The notes beneath the pieces are model-generated. The model ran no database searches and was not told the origin of the DNA. It worked only from the letters and a program-made list of their open reading frames with translations. DNA of 58,808 bases, the filler included, from Rhizaria sp. SCN 62-66 (taxonomy: Eukaryota), in assembly GCA_001724265.1 (NCBI GenBank). It is 2 parts of 2 records of this genome, joined end to end, with 100 filler letters (N's around TTAATTAATTAA, not from the genome) between each part and the next. Parts side by side here need not be neighbours in the genome. Positions count along the whole stretch, not along the records: positions 1 to 29,346 come from MEDY01000379.1; 1 more part is not named here. The stretch is one strand, 5' to 3'. Below are positions 1 to 10,114 of this stretch, in pieces (within the stretch, counting starts at the first letter, position 1; every line of letters starts with the position of its first letter). The position numbers were made by a program, and so were the translations under genes.

Positions 1-215
1 GGCGCGCGCGCGGCGGCCCTGCCGGGGGCAGCGGGCAGCGCGGCGGCGCCGGAGCCGGTCGCAGCGCCAGCAGCAGGCTGCTGTGGCGTGAAGGGCGACG
101 CAGCGGCAACGGCAACCGAGGGCGGGGCCGGCGTGGACGTCGAGATGGGGGTGCCGAAGGGGCTGCCGGCTGTCCAAAGCGCCGGAGCACGGGTCAAAGC
201 AGGGCCTGCAGCAGT

Positions 216-246
<31 letters not shown>

Positions 247-1403
247 GCAGCGGCCACAGCGGTCGCGACAATGCCGGCCGGCAGAGGCCTCGTCACAGTT
301 GCACCGGCAGACGCGGGCGCCGGCGCGGGCGCAGTATCAGACTCGATAGCGGAATGACAAGCAGCAATTGCGACAAGATTGGCCGCGCTGACAGCGTTTG
401 CCGCGGCGACAGCGGCGGCGGCGGCCGCGCGCACTGCGGTGAGCGCTGGCCGCGCGGCGCTGCCGTCCCTGCGCGCAGCCCGGTCGCGCGCGCGCTGCGC
501 GGCCTCCGCGGCTGCGGCCGCGACAGTGTCGGCGGGCGCGCATGTGAGCAGGCACTCGGTCGCGTCGTGGAACTCGATGAAGCCCGGCGTCACGACGGCC
601 TCGCCCGCGCACACGCGGCGCAGCAGCGCGCCCGCGCCGGCAACAGCGCCAGCAGCAGCAGAAGAGTGATCTCTGTTCTCGCCTTCCGCCGTGCAGCTGT
701 CGCTGAGGTCCCAGTGTCCGCGCGCGACGTCCCTGAGGGCCACGACGTGCGCCTGCACCTCCGACCGCGTGTCGCGGTCGCCCTCGACGGTAACTGCGCC
801 GGGCGCGGCGGCGGAGGCGGACACGAGCACGGCGGCGTCGGCGGCGCGCGCAAAGGACACGGTGCGCACGGCGTGGCCGAGCCGGTGCGAGGGCGCGGCC
901 GCGGGCAGGAAGTCGGCGTTGAGATGGCCCAGGCGCCGCAGCGGCAGCGGCGGCGGCGCGTCGGGCGCCGGCGGCGGCGCGCGCGCGTCGCGCAGGCGCT
1001 GCGCGGGATGCGCGCGCGCGCGGAGCGCCGTGACGAGCCCGGCGGTGGAGTGGACGAGCACGACGCCGCGCGAGCAGTGCAGCAGCTCGAACACGGGTGA
1101 GGGCTGCCCGGAGAAGAGCCGCGGCGCCGACGCCGTGGGGTCCAGGCACGACACACGGCCCAGAAAGCACGGCGAGGACAACAGCGCCGCCAGCGCGGGC
1201 AACGCCGCGCTCGACAGCAGCGACGCCGGCGCTGCGCTGTCAGTCCTGTCAGCGGTTGCAGCTGAGGGCACGCCGGGGAGATGGCGGCGCGGCACGTGGC
1301 GGCTGTGGCGCGAGGACCAGGCGTCGGGCGGCCAAGACGGCGGTGGTGGCGGCAGTGGAGGGCCAAAAACCACCGCGGCAGGGTGTGGCGTCTGAGTCGA
1401 CAT
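1..1403 (-). CDS. Partial (runs off the window's left edge) WD40/beta-propeller-like protein resembling the uncharacterised plant family of Arabidopsis At3g54190
   Basis: Absent from the ORF track because it has no stop in the window. Manual translation from ATG 1403 (MSTQTPHPAAVVFG...) stays open to base 1. Blocks SPVFELLHCSRGVVLVHSTAGLVTAL, RLGHLN, VRTVSF, VLVS and VCAGEAVVTPGFIEFHDATECLLT match, in order, motifs I recall from that family (SKVIEIVAARDIVFALAHSGVCAAF / ICFLN / IRSLFY / ITVS / LFESESLKWPGFVEFDDVNGKVLT). Confidence 0.65.
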
Positions 1404-2074
1404 GGAGCACGAAGCCACTGTGCTTTGATCGAACTTGTACAAAAATAAAGTGTGCTGGAGGGTGGAGAGAAGTGGGTCTGGAGAGGTAGGATGTGCAAGT
1501 TTAGATGCGACCGTTGGGGTTGAGTTACGATAAAAAGCGTTCAGTCGGTATCACAAGGAAATAATAACTTTTACTTTGATACCAGATACATTTTTGAAAA
1601 CTCATAGCTGGTCGTGCTTCGGCTGTGGGCATCAAGTGGGTGGAGATGGGACGCTGCTTAGAGATCAAATCGCAAGATTGAGTTGCATAATTGAAAAGGT
1701 GCCCTAATTATTAACGTAAATAAGTGCATGTATCAATTATAATGCGCACATCGGAGTCTAGAGGTAGATCCAGAGAGACACATTCGGAACGACATTGTCT
1801 GTTGACTGAAGTGCAAGGGACCGGTTCCGAAAAATCTCGATCGTCTCCTCCGTCGATCGACTCTTTGATGACTAGGTTGTATCAGGGACTCTGTTGCTGG
1901 CTTATTTCTCGATTCGGCCGGATTATTCGCATTGCAACTGTATGTTTTGAAGGCCCATTTATATGTATAGTTTTCTACATTCCCTAAACACGCGCACAAA
2001 CTTACTTTCCGACCTCACTTTTGCCTGCCCACCTCAAACAACCACTGACCGTTGCAATTCACTTGAAGGCAAGG
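1404..2074. promoter_or_regulatory. Short AT-rich divergent (bidirectional) promoter region
   Basis: Head-to-head starts at 1403 (-) and 2075 (+). Similar divergent intervals occur at 8910-10114 and 24243-24728. No specific motif is claimed. Confidence 0.5.
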
Positions 2075-3291
2075 ATGTCGGTCGCGTCGACTCACTTTAA
2101 GATGTCTGATTATGTCCCCGGGTGGTCCATCATGAAGCCCTTCCTTGTGGGCGGTGGCGCCGGCTGTGCTGCCACCGTGGTGATCCAGCCTGTCGACCAG
2201 ATCAAGGTACGCCCCCGCATCATCTCCCTGACCTCGACGGGCGAGCCTCGCGAATTTCTGCTGCAGATGGGCCAGCGACGTCGCGTATACTTGTTCTTCG
2301 CGTGTATATCTACTGCCCCATTGCTATACTAGTCTGCTACCACGATAATATCCAGTTTTCCGCGCCTCCCATCGTGTCCAGTCGATCTTAGTTTTCGTCA
2401 TCTTGCTCCTTTGTCCGATATCATTGTCTCACCCTTCGCGCGTCTCTTTTGACATCAATCCGTCCTCTCTTGCTCCTCGTCAATGCGCGCACGCATGTTT
2501 AGACCCAGATCCAGCTTATCGAGGGCAAGGGTTCCCGCAACCCCTTCACCGTTGCCAAGAACTTCGTGGCGGCCAACGGCACGATGGCGCTGTACAACGG
2601 CCTGTCCGCCGGCATCCTGCGCCAGCTCACGTATGGTATGTCGCGCCTCGGCCTTTTCCGCTCCATGACCAACTCGATCAGCGACAACGGCGCGCGCAAG
2701 CTGACGATGCTCGAGTCTGCCGGCTGCTCGCTCGTCGCGGGCGGCATCGGCGCGCTCATCGGCACCCCCGCCGACGCCGCACTCATCCGCATGCAGGCCG
2801 ACACGTCGCTGCCGATGCATGAGCGTCGTAACTACAAGAACGGCATCGACGCCATGGTTCGCATGGCGCGCGAGGAGGGCCTCAAGGGCTTCTTCGCGGG
2901 CGCCACGCCGACCATCGTGCGCGGCCTCGCGCTCAACGTCGGCATGCTGGCCTCGTACGACAAGCTCAAGGAGTTCGGCGGCAAGTACTTTGGTGGCGAG
3001 AACACCAAGACCAACCTCGTTTTCTCTTCGATCGGCTCCGGCGTGCTGGGCGCGACCTTCGCGCTGCCGCTGGACCTCATCAAGACCAAGCTGCAGAAGA
3101 TGAAGCCGCTGCCCGATGGCACGATGCCTTACTCGGGCATGGCCGACTGCGCGCGCAAGACGCTCGCCGCCGAGGGCTTTGTCGGCGGCTTCTATAAGGG
3201 CTACCCCACCTTCCTGGCCCGTATTGCGCCCCACATCGTCATGGTCTGGCTCTTCATGGAGGCCCTCAACAAGTCCCCCTACCTCAAGTAA
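2075..3291 (+). CDS. DTC: Mitochondrial carrier (SLC25), dicarboxylate/tricarboxylate or 2-oxoglutarate/malate type. Exons 2075-2206 and 2503-3291, about 306 aa (alternative ATG 2102)
   Basis: Splicing GTACGC(2207)..TTTAG(2502) restores the first carrier signature PVDQIKTQIQL. The other two are PADAALIRMQAD and PLDLIKTKLQK. DTC/OGC-typical segments: YNGLSAGILRQLTYGMSRLG, GATPTIVRGLALNVGMLASYD, RIAPHIVMVWLF. Stop is TAA. Confidence 0.92.
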
Positions 3292-3698
3292 GTCGGCAGC
3301 CCGGCCAGCGCAAGCGAGACAAGACAAGGCAAGACAAGAAATGAAGAGGGGAAGAGAATCGATGATTTTGTTGTGCAAACAACGTGACTACCTGTATTTT
3401 TGATATCGACATATCGCAGCATATACATCGCTTCACCTCAGTAATGAGTGTGAGTGTGGTACATCCTTCTAACGCATACCGTCCGTTCGTCGAGACGTTC
3501 TGAATAACAATGCTTATTTTTTCTTTAAGACGCAAAAATAACAATAAATTATCCAACATCGTTGCAAATACTTCATCTACGACGGCAGTATGTCAATTAT
3601 AATAGCCTGTATTATTTATTATTTCTTTCAATACTAGTAAATCAATACTAATAAATCTAAATTCACATCTCGCACAGTCACTCAGCAGCGCCTCTCAG

Positions 3699-6600
3699 TT
3701 AAGGCGAGTCGAGGGTCATGCCGTCGACGTCAAACGTGGTGTCCTCGCCCACCGCGTTCATGCCCCCCGCCGAGGTCGCCGCGGCGGATAGCACGGGCAC
3801 GGCCACGGCCACGAGGCCCGCGCGCGCGCCCAGCATCGACGGCCGCGCGCCCCCGCTGCCGCCGCTGCCGCTGCCGCTGCCGCCGCTGGTAGTCGCAGGG
3901 ACCGAGGCGGCCACGGCAGCGCCGGCGCCGCTGTCGGCGTCCTTGCGGCCGCGGCGGTCCGTGGGCAGCGCGTCGTCGATTGACATGTTGAAGGCCGAGA
4001 AGTCCGTCATCGCCTCGTACTCGTCCTCCTCGTCAGTTTGGCCGCCGCTCGGGCCGCCGTGGCCAGGCACCGAGGCCGGGGCAAGGCTCTGGCCGGAGGC
4101 CGGGGCCGGCGCCTGCTGTTGGCCGGCGCCTGCGGCCGCGGCTGCTGCCATGCGCGCAGCAAGCGAGGACGCGCCCGAGGAGCCCTGCGAGAGCTGGGAC
4201 ATCTGCGACAGCTGGGCCACCTGCGAGTGCTGCGCCTGGTGCGCCTGCGCATGCTGTGTCTGCGCCTGAGTCTGACCCTGAGTGCGGCCGCCACCGACGG
4301 CACCTTGACTGCGGCCTGGGCTCAAGTTCTGGCTGCTAGCGGCGCCGCTGTAGGCATAGGCGGACAGGTCCTGCGGCGACACGCTATGCAGCGACACGTC
4401 GCCCGACAGCGCCGCCGGCCCACCCTGTCCAATCTGGCCAGTGTAGCCAGTGGGGCCGGTTTGCCCGTGCACAGCGCTCGCTGCGCCCACGTGCGCTGCG
4501 CTCGCGGCGGTGGTAAGGTTGGTCGGCAGCGGCGCGAGCGCAGGCAGGGCGGGGCCGCGGGGCGTGTCTCCGAAGCCCAGCGAGAGCACCGACTCGTCGT
4601 GCAAGCTGCCACTGTACGCGTCCGCGTTGTTGTTGTTGTTGCTGTTGTTGTTGGCGGTCGCGCCGCGGCGCGAAAAGCCGAACTCGTCCGAGCTCGTGTG
4701 GTCACCCGCCGCCGTCGCGGCAGTCGCGACGGCTGCGGAGGCCACGGCAGCGGCAGCGGCAGGGCCAGAGGCGGCGGCGGCCAGCTGGGGCCGCGGAAAC
4801 GAGCCCGTGAGCTGGCCCCCCGGCTGCTCCTGCGTTGCGGGCGTCGCCGCGCCCGCATTAGGCGTCATTGCAGCGGCAGCCGGCGCAGCGGCAGCCGCGG
4901 CGTCGGCGGCGCTGCCCGCCGTCGCGCGGCGCTGCTTGCGCACGTATGCCTGCGCGACGGCGTCGAGTCCGCTGAGCGCGGGGACGAAGCCCGGGACGGC
5001 CGTGGCGGGCGCGCGCGAGCGGTCCGAGAAGAGCTCCACGTCGCTGAGCACGTCCTCGTCGCCGCCCAGCATCAACAGCTGCGACGCGTCGCCGCCGCTC
5101 TCCGCGCCGACCACGCCCCCGCTTAGGCCGCCGCTCTGGCGCCCGCTGTGGCCCTGCTGGCTCTGGCCAGGCCCGCCGGAGCCGGAGCCGGAGAAGGCGA
5201 GGCGCGCGGACACGAGCGCCGCCGACGCCGAGCCCAACGCGGGGGCAGGCGCCGGAGCAAGCGCCAGGGCGGGCGCGGCGGCGGCGGCGGCGGCAAGCGC
5301 AACGCGGCGCGAGCGCGGCGTCTGCTGCTCATAGCCAGCGCCGCCGCTGTTGTTGCCCGGCGTGAGCTGCGCGGCGGCCGCAGCGGTGTGCGCGGTGTGC
5401 GCAGCGCCGGCGTGCGTGGCGTGCGCGGCTGGGGGATCGCGCGGCACCGGCGTGGCGGAACGGGAGCGCGCGGGCGTCGTCGGCGCGGACCCGGACCCGG
5501 CGCCCACGCTGGCGGCGCTGCGGGTGCGGTCGCCGCGGGGGCTGGGACTAGCCACGCGCGGGTGCACCGTGTCGGCCCCGCGCCGCCGCGCGCTCAGCGG
5601 CGCCTCCAGCGCTCCGGCCTGCTGCTGCTGCATCTGTTGCTGCTGTTGCTGAGTGGCGGAGACGACGGAGAGCGAGGATGACAGCGAGTCAACGCGCGCG
5701 CACAGGGCCGCGAGCCCGGCCTCGGCGCGCGCGGCCGCGGTCGCAGCGACCGCGGCGGCGTCGCGCGCGCCGTCCGCGGTCGCGAGCGCGTTGTCAGCGG
5801 CTACGAGCGCGGCCGCGGCGTCCTCGGCGGCCGCGGAGGCCTCGTCCGTAGCGCCCGTCGCCACCGAAAGCGCCTCGTCTACCCGCGCGTCCAGGGCGCT
5901 CACGGCCTCCGCGCTCACTGTTTGTGCGCTCGCCGCGGCAGCGCTCGCCGCTGCGGGCGCGGGCGCAGGCGCGCTCGCAGTGTGAGCGCCGTTGGCGCTG
6001 TTAGCGGCAGAGACAAGCTCGTCGACCCGGCGGCTCTCCGCGGCGAGCGCGGCGGCGGCCTCCTCCTGGCGAGCGATTAGCATCGCCAGCGCGGCCTCCA
6101 GCGCCTCGCGGCGGCGGCGTTCCGCAGCCACCTCGGCGCCCGCGGCCGCGGCGGCCTCGGACGCGGCGCCCGCGGCGGCCTGCGCTGCCGCAGCGGCGCG
6201 CGCAGCGACCGCAGCGTCGTCGTTGGTATTGTCGGCGGAGCTCGCAGCCGCAGCAGTCGGTGCAGCAGTGGAGCTGGCTGCAACGCGCGCAAGGGCGTCC
6301 TGCGCAGCGGCCGCGGCGGCCGTTGCTGCGGCCGAGGCGACGGCCGCGTCGCGTGCTGCCGCGGCCGCAGCGGCCTCGCATGCGGAGGCAGCGCGCTGCG
6401 ACACTGCAGCGGCGTCCTGCGATGCGGCGGCCGCGCCGTGGGCCGCGGCGGCATCGTCTGCGGCCGCAGTCCCGCTCGCGGCGGCGGCGGCGGCGGCGGC
6501 GGAGGCGGCGGTCGAGGCGGCGTTCTCTCCGCGCGCGGTCGCGGGCGCCGACGCTAGGGTCGCGGCCGCGGCGCCCGCGCCGAGACCCTGGTCCGCGCGC

Positions 6601-8909
6601 GCGGCGGCGACGGCGGCGCCTACCGCGGCAGCAATTGTGGCGTCTATGTCGCTCAGCAGGCGCCGCTCCGTCTCGGCCACGGCCGCGGCAACCGCGGGTG
6701 CGACGGCCGCAGCCACGGCGGCGGCCACGGCGGCGTGCACGTCGGCCAGCGCGGCGCCCTTGAGCGCGTTGGGGTCGACGGCCGCCGCGGCCACGCGCTG
6801 CTCCAGCGCCGCCACCTGCGTCTGCAGCGCGGCGCGCGCGTCCTGCGCCGCGCCCATCTCGGCTGCCAGCGCGGCCGTTGCGGCGCGCGCGGCGGCGGCC
6901 TCGCGCTCGCGTAGCTCCGCCGCGGCCTCGGCGGCGCGCGCGGCGGCAGCGGCGGCGGCGGCGGCCTCGCGCAGCTGAGCCACTTCCGTGCGGTCCGCAG
7001 CCAGCACTGCCAGCAGCTCCGCGCGCACCGACGCGGCGGCCGCGGCGGCAACCTCGCCCGCGGCTGCAGCGCCCTGTTGCGCGCGCGCCTCGCCCGCGCC
7101 CGCGGCGGCAGCCGCCACGGCCGACACGCGCTCGTGCAGCCGCGCCAGCTGCGTGGTCGCGGCGGCCACCGCGGCGCGCTCGCCCTCAGCGCGCTGCTGC
7201 AGCGCCTCCACCGCCGGCGCCAGCGCCTCGATGCGGCCCCAGCGCGCGGCCCACTTGAGCTCCAGCTCCGCGCGCTGCCGCGCCGCCGCGCTCGCCGCGC
7301 CGGCCATCCCCCCACTGGCGCCGTCAGCGCCCGCGCCCGCCGCGTCGGCGGCCGCGGTGGCGGCCTCGGCAGCCTCTACGGCCTCGCAGAGCAGGTCCAC
7401 GCGCCGACCGAGCGCTCGCACGGCCACGACCGCGGGCGCGGCAAACTCACGCACGCGCGCCTCGACGCGGGCCAGCTCCGGCGCAGTCACCAGGTCGGCC
7501 GCGGCGCCGCGCGCCTCCATGGCGGCCACCTGCCGCTGCAGCGCGGCGTGCGCGCGCGCGGCGGCCTCAGCGCGCGCGCGGCCCGCGGCGGCCTCAGCAC
7601 GCAACTCGCCGACGCGCGCCTCGAGCGCGGCCTCGTGCTCGGCGCGCGCCGCCGCCCAGGCCTTGCCAGCCCCCGCGGCGACCTCCTCCTGCGTTGCCGC
7701 CAGCGCTTCGAGCGCGCGCGCCAGCAGGCCCTCGAGCGCGTCCCCGCGCCGGGCCGCGGCTGCGGAGCCCGCCGCGAGCGTGGCCTTGAGCGCGGCGACC
7801 TCGGCGTCCACCGTGGCGCCCATGTCGGCCACCTGGTCGTGCAGCGCAGACAGCGCCGCCGTCATCAGCGCGCCCTTGACGCCGGAGCCGCCGCCCGCGC
7901 CGTCACTACCACCGCCAACGTCTGCGCCGCCGCCGCTGCTGCTGACGCCGCCGCGGCGCGCGAGAGCGGCGGAGAGCTCCTGCGCGACGGTCTCGAGCTC
8001 GGCGAGGCGCTGCGAATGCTCCTCGACGCGCGCGCGCAACGCCGCAGCCGCGGAGCGCGCCTCGCCGTGCGCGGCCGCGGCGGCGGCCTGCGCGGCCAGG
8101 CGCGCCTCCTGCTCCGCGAGCGTCCAGCGCTGCTCAGCGAGGTCCACGCGCTCGCCCAGGCGCGCCTCGGAGCGCTCGAGTGCGGCCGACAGGTGCGCGA
8201 GCGTGTCGGCGCGGACCTTGCGCGACATCTGGTGCATCGCGGACACGCTCTGCAGCAGCTCCGCGCGCATCTTGCCCTCAAAGGCCGCAAACAGCGGGTC
8301 GCCCACATGCGCCGCTGCCGCGGGCATAGCGGACGCCGGGGGCGCGCCGGGCCCCGCGAAGGAGCTGTTGTTGTTGTTGGGCGCGGATGACTGGCGCGCG
8401 GGCCGGGCTGTGGCGCGCTGCATGGCGCTGGCGGAGAGTGCGGCCAGCGCCGCGCCGGACGCGCCGGGCGCGGGCGAGAGCACGGCGTGCGGGGGGCCCG
8501 CGGAGGGCATGAAGGAGAGCGAAGGTGACGCGGCCGACGCTGACGCAGACGCGGAGACGGAAGCGGATGACGAGGACGCGTGCGCGGCATAAGATCCAGT
8601 GCCATGCACGTGAGGCGGCACGGCTGGACCTGCGGGGCCCGCGGAGCCGACGGGCAAGTGGCTGGCGTGGCCGTTGCTGCTGCTGGCGCTGTGGTTGCTG
8701 TACCCAGAGCGGCTGGCGGCGTGGGGCGCTGCGGCGCGCGGGTCGAAGCCGCCAGCGGCGCCGTTATAAGAGATGTTGACAGTAGGGCCGGGCAGATACG
8801 GCATGTTGGCACCTGTGTTCATTGGGTTGTAGCTCGAATCACCGTAGTAGCCACCACTGCCTCGCAGGGACGCGTTGCCGCTGCTGCGAGGGTCTTCAAG
8901 GCGCTCCAT
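3699..8909 (-). CDS. Large Ala-rich predicted coiled-coil protein (~1736 aa) with disordered ends, function unknown
   Basis: Single 5.2-kb ORF bounded by AT-rich DNA. First ATG is 8909 (MERLEDPRSS...). Heptad-like E/L/A/R-rich central region. A T-rich tract plus CAACAG acceptor at 8958-8980 suggests an upstream exon or leader. Stop is TAA. Confidence 0.8.
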   Translation of the reverse strand: MERLEDPRSSGNASLRGSGGYYGDSSYNPMNTGANMPYLPGPTVNISYNGAAGGFDPRAAAPHAASRSGYSNHSASSSNGHASHLPVGSAGPAGPAVPPHVHGTGSYAAHASSSSASVSASASASAASPSLSFMPSAGPPHAVLSPAPGASGAALAALSASAMQRATARPARQSSAPNNNNSSFAGPGAPPASAMPAAAAHVGDPLFAAFEGKMRAELLQSVSAMHQMSRKVRADTLAHLSAALERSEARLGERVDLAEQRWTLAEQEARLAAQAAAAAAHGEARSAAAALRARVEEHSQRLAELETVAQELSAALARRGGVSSSGGGADVGGGSDGAGGGSGVKGALMTAALSALHDQVADMGATVDAEVAALKATLAAGSAAAARRGDALEGLLARALEALAATQEEVAAGAGKAWAAARAEHEAALEARVGELRAEAAAGRARAEAAARAHAALQRQVAAMEARGAAADLVTAPELARVEARVREFAAPAVVAVRALGRRVDLLCEAVEAAEAATAAADAAGAGADGASGGMAGAASAAARQRAELELKWAARWGRIEALAPAVEALQQRAEGERAAVAAATTQLARLHERVSAVAAAAAGAGEARAQQGAAAAGEVAAAAAASVRAELLAVLAADRTEVAQLREAAAAAAAAARAAEAAAELREREAAAARAATAALAAEMGAAQDARAALQTQVAALEQRVAAAAVDPNALKGAALADVHAAVAAAVAAAVAPAVAAAVAETERRLLSDIDATIAAAVGAAVAAARADQGLGAGAAAATLASAPATARGENAASTAASAAAAAAAASGTAAADDAAAAHGAAAASQDAAAVSQRAASACEAAAAAAARDAAVASAAATAAAAAAQDALARVAASSTAAPTAAAASSADNTNDDAAVAARAAAAAQAAAGAASEAAAAAGAEVAAERRRREALEAALAMLIARQEEAAAALAAESRRVDELVSAANSANGAHTASAPAPAPAAASAAAASAQTVSAEAVSALDARVDEALSVATGATDEASAAAEDAAAALVAADNALATADGARDAAAVAATAAARAEAGLAALCARVDSLSSSLSVVSATQQQQQQMQQQQAGALEAPLSARRRGADTVHPRVASPSPRGDRTRSAASVGAGSGSAPTTPARSRSATPVPRDPPAAHATHAGAAHTAHTAAAAAQLTPGNNSGGAGYEQQTPRSRRVALAAAAAAAPALALAPAPAPALGSASAALVSARLAFSGSGSGGPGQSQQGHSGRQSGGLSGGVVGAESGGDASQLLMLGGDEDVLSDVELFSDRSRAPATAVPGFVPALSGLDAVAQAYVRKQRRATAGSAADAAAAAAPAAAAMTPNAGAATPATQEQPGGQLTGSFPRPQLAAAASGPAAAAAVASAAVATAATAAGDHTSSDEFGFSRRGATANNNSNNNNNADAYSGSLHDESVLSLGFGDTPRGPALPALAPLPTNLTTAASAAHVGAASAVHGQTGPTGYTGQIGQGGPAALSGDVSLHSVSPQDLSAYAYSGAASSQNLSPGRSQGAVGGGRTQGQTQAQTQHAQAHQAQHSQVAQLSQMSQLSQGSSGASSLAARMAAAAAAGAGQQQAPAPASGQSLAPASVPGHGGPSGGQTDEEDEYEAMTDFSAFNMSIDDALPTDRRGRKDADSGAGAAVAASVPATTSGGSGSGSGGSGGARPSMLGARAGLVAVAVPVLSAAATSAGGMNAVGEDTTFDVDGMTLDSP

Positions 8910-10114
8910 TGGAAGCTCACTAACTTTGGCAGTCTGACTCAGAGGATAAAGCAAGGTCTGTTGAAAATAAATAAAAAAATGTTATGTAAACTAAAGTATT
9001 ATTAAAGTATTAGCGGCCAACTCGCCTGTGGTCGGTCATATCACGTTAATAATTTGAATATTGAGCAACGCTTCTGGGTCCTCTCTTTGGAGACCAACGG
9101 CTAGAAAGCAAGCAAAGTCACCTAAAATGTATTATGTTCGAGTAAAAAACGGTATAAATGGCTTTAAAATACGGCGATTCTTAGATATGATATGTTTTGT
9201 TATGATTTCTGTATTATTTCAATATATTGGACGCATCAAAAAACGTATTTGCGTTAAAATCTTGGTCGTGTCACTGATTAGTCGTTGCAAACGACATCTA
9301 AACATGCGCCATTGAATCTACAACTCGAGCAATATCTCTGAAATTTAACTTAGGACTACCCCGCTATGCTTGATGCGTTCCGGCTGTGTTGATTCATGGG
9401 AATTTACGGCAGCATGGAACATAACCACAGTGATATTGCTCCAAATGTCGTTGTACAGTTGTTGATGGTAATCGTAACTGTCTTCGAAAAATGCTACATT
9501 AAGAGCAATTATGGGTGACAAAAAGAGGACTGTTGCTCAACCATCACGTTATCAGCTAGAGTGCATTGTGTTTGTTTGACCACGCAGTGGATTTAATATT
9601 GTCTTTCTGTCTAGCTCTGAACGTACGTACGTACGTATCGAGCTTACGGTTACGATAGATCCCTCATGCTACCATAAACAATGCGATTGACACTCGACGA
9701 GCACAGAGCTCTAAAGCAATAACCATAATAAAAATACAAAATTTTATATCTCACACAATGTGAGGCGTCATGTAAAGATTGTACTGTATATTCCTGCAAT
9801 TTCATTTCTTGAATCGGCAATCGACTGCAACGTGTCTCAGGGACTGTGCGCACTAGCTGAAGTCGCTGATCTTGAATGTGTTCATCTTTGTTTAAACGGT
9901 ATCTTTCATGATAATAACAAAAATCAGTTTATTATTCAAGTTGTTTGTGTATAATATCTTATATTCGCTTTCATGATTCGACATTCAGCCTTGTTCTGAC
10001 TCATTTCTGAAAAGTCAACTTAAAGTCCACACTGTTGCCGGAAGCACCTCCACGAACAGTCCTCGTTAGTCCTTGGAATGGTGCGATACACGCGCTAAAC
10101 CTTGTGGACTTTGT

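Noticed and set aside
9621-9636. (ACGT)4 palindromic microsatellite, and also the (CAAGA)-like repeat at about 3311-3340
   Set aside because: Short simple repeats with no evidence of function.
8960-10114. Short ORFs or RNA genes (tRNA, snRNA, SL RNA) in the AT-rich spacers
   Set aside because: No coding-like composition, cloverleaf or recognisable snRNA motif was found by eye. An Infernal or tRNAscan run would be needed to exclude them.
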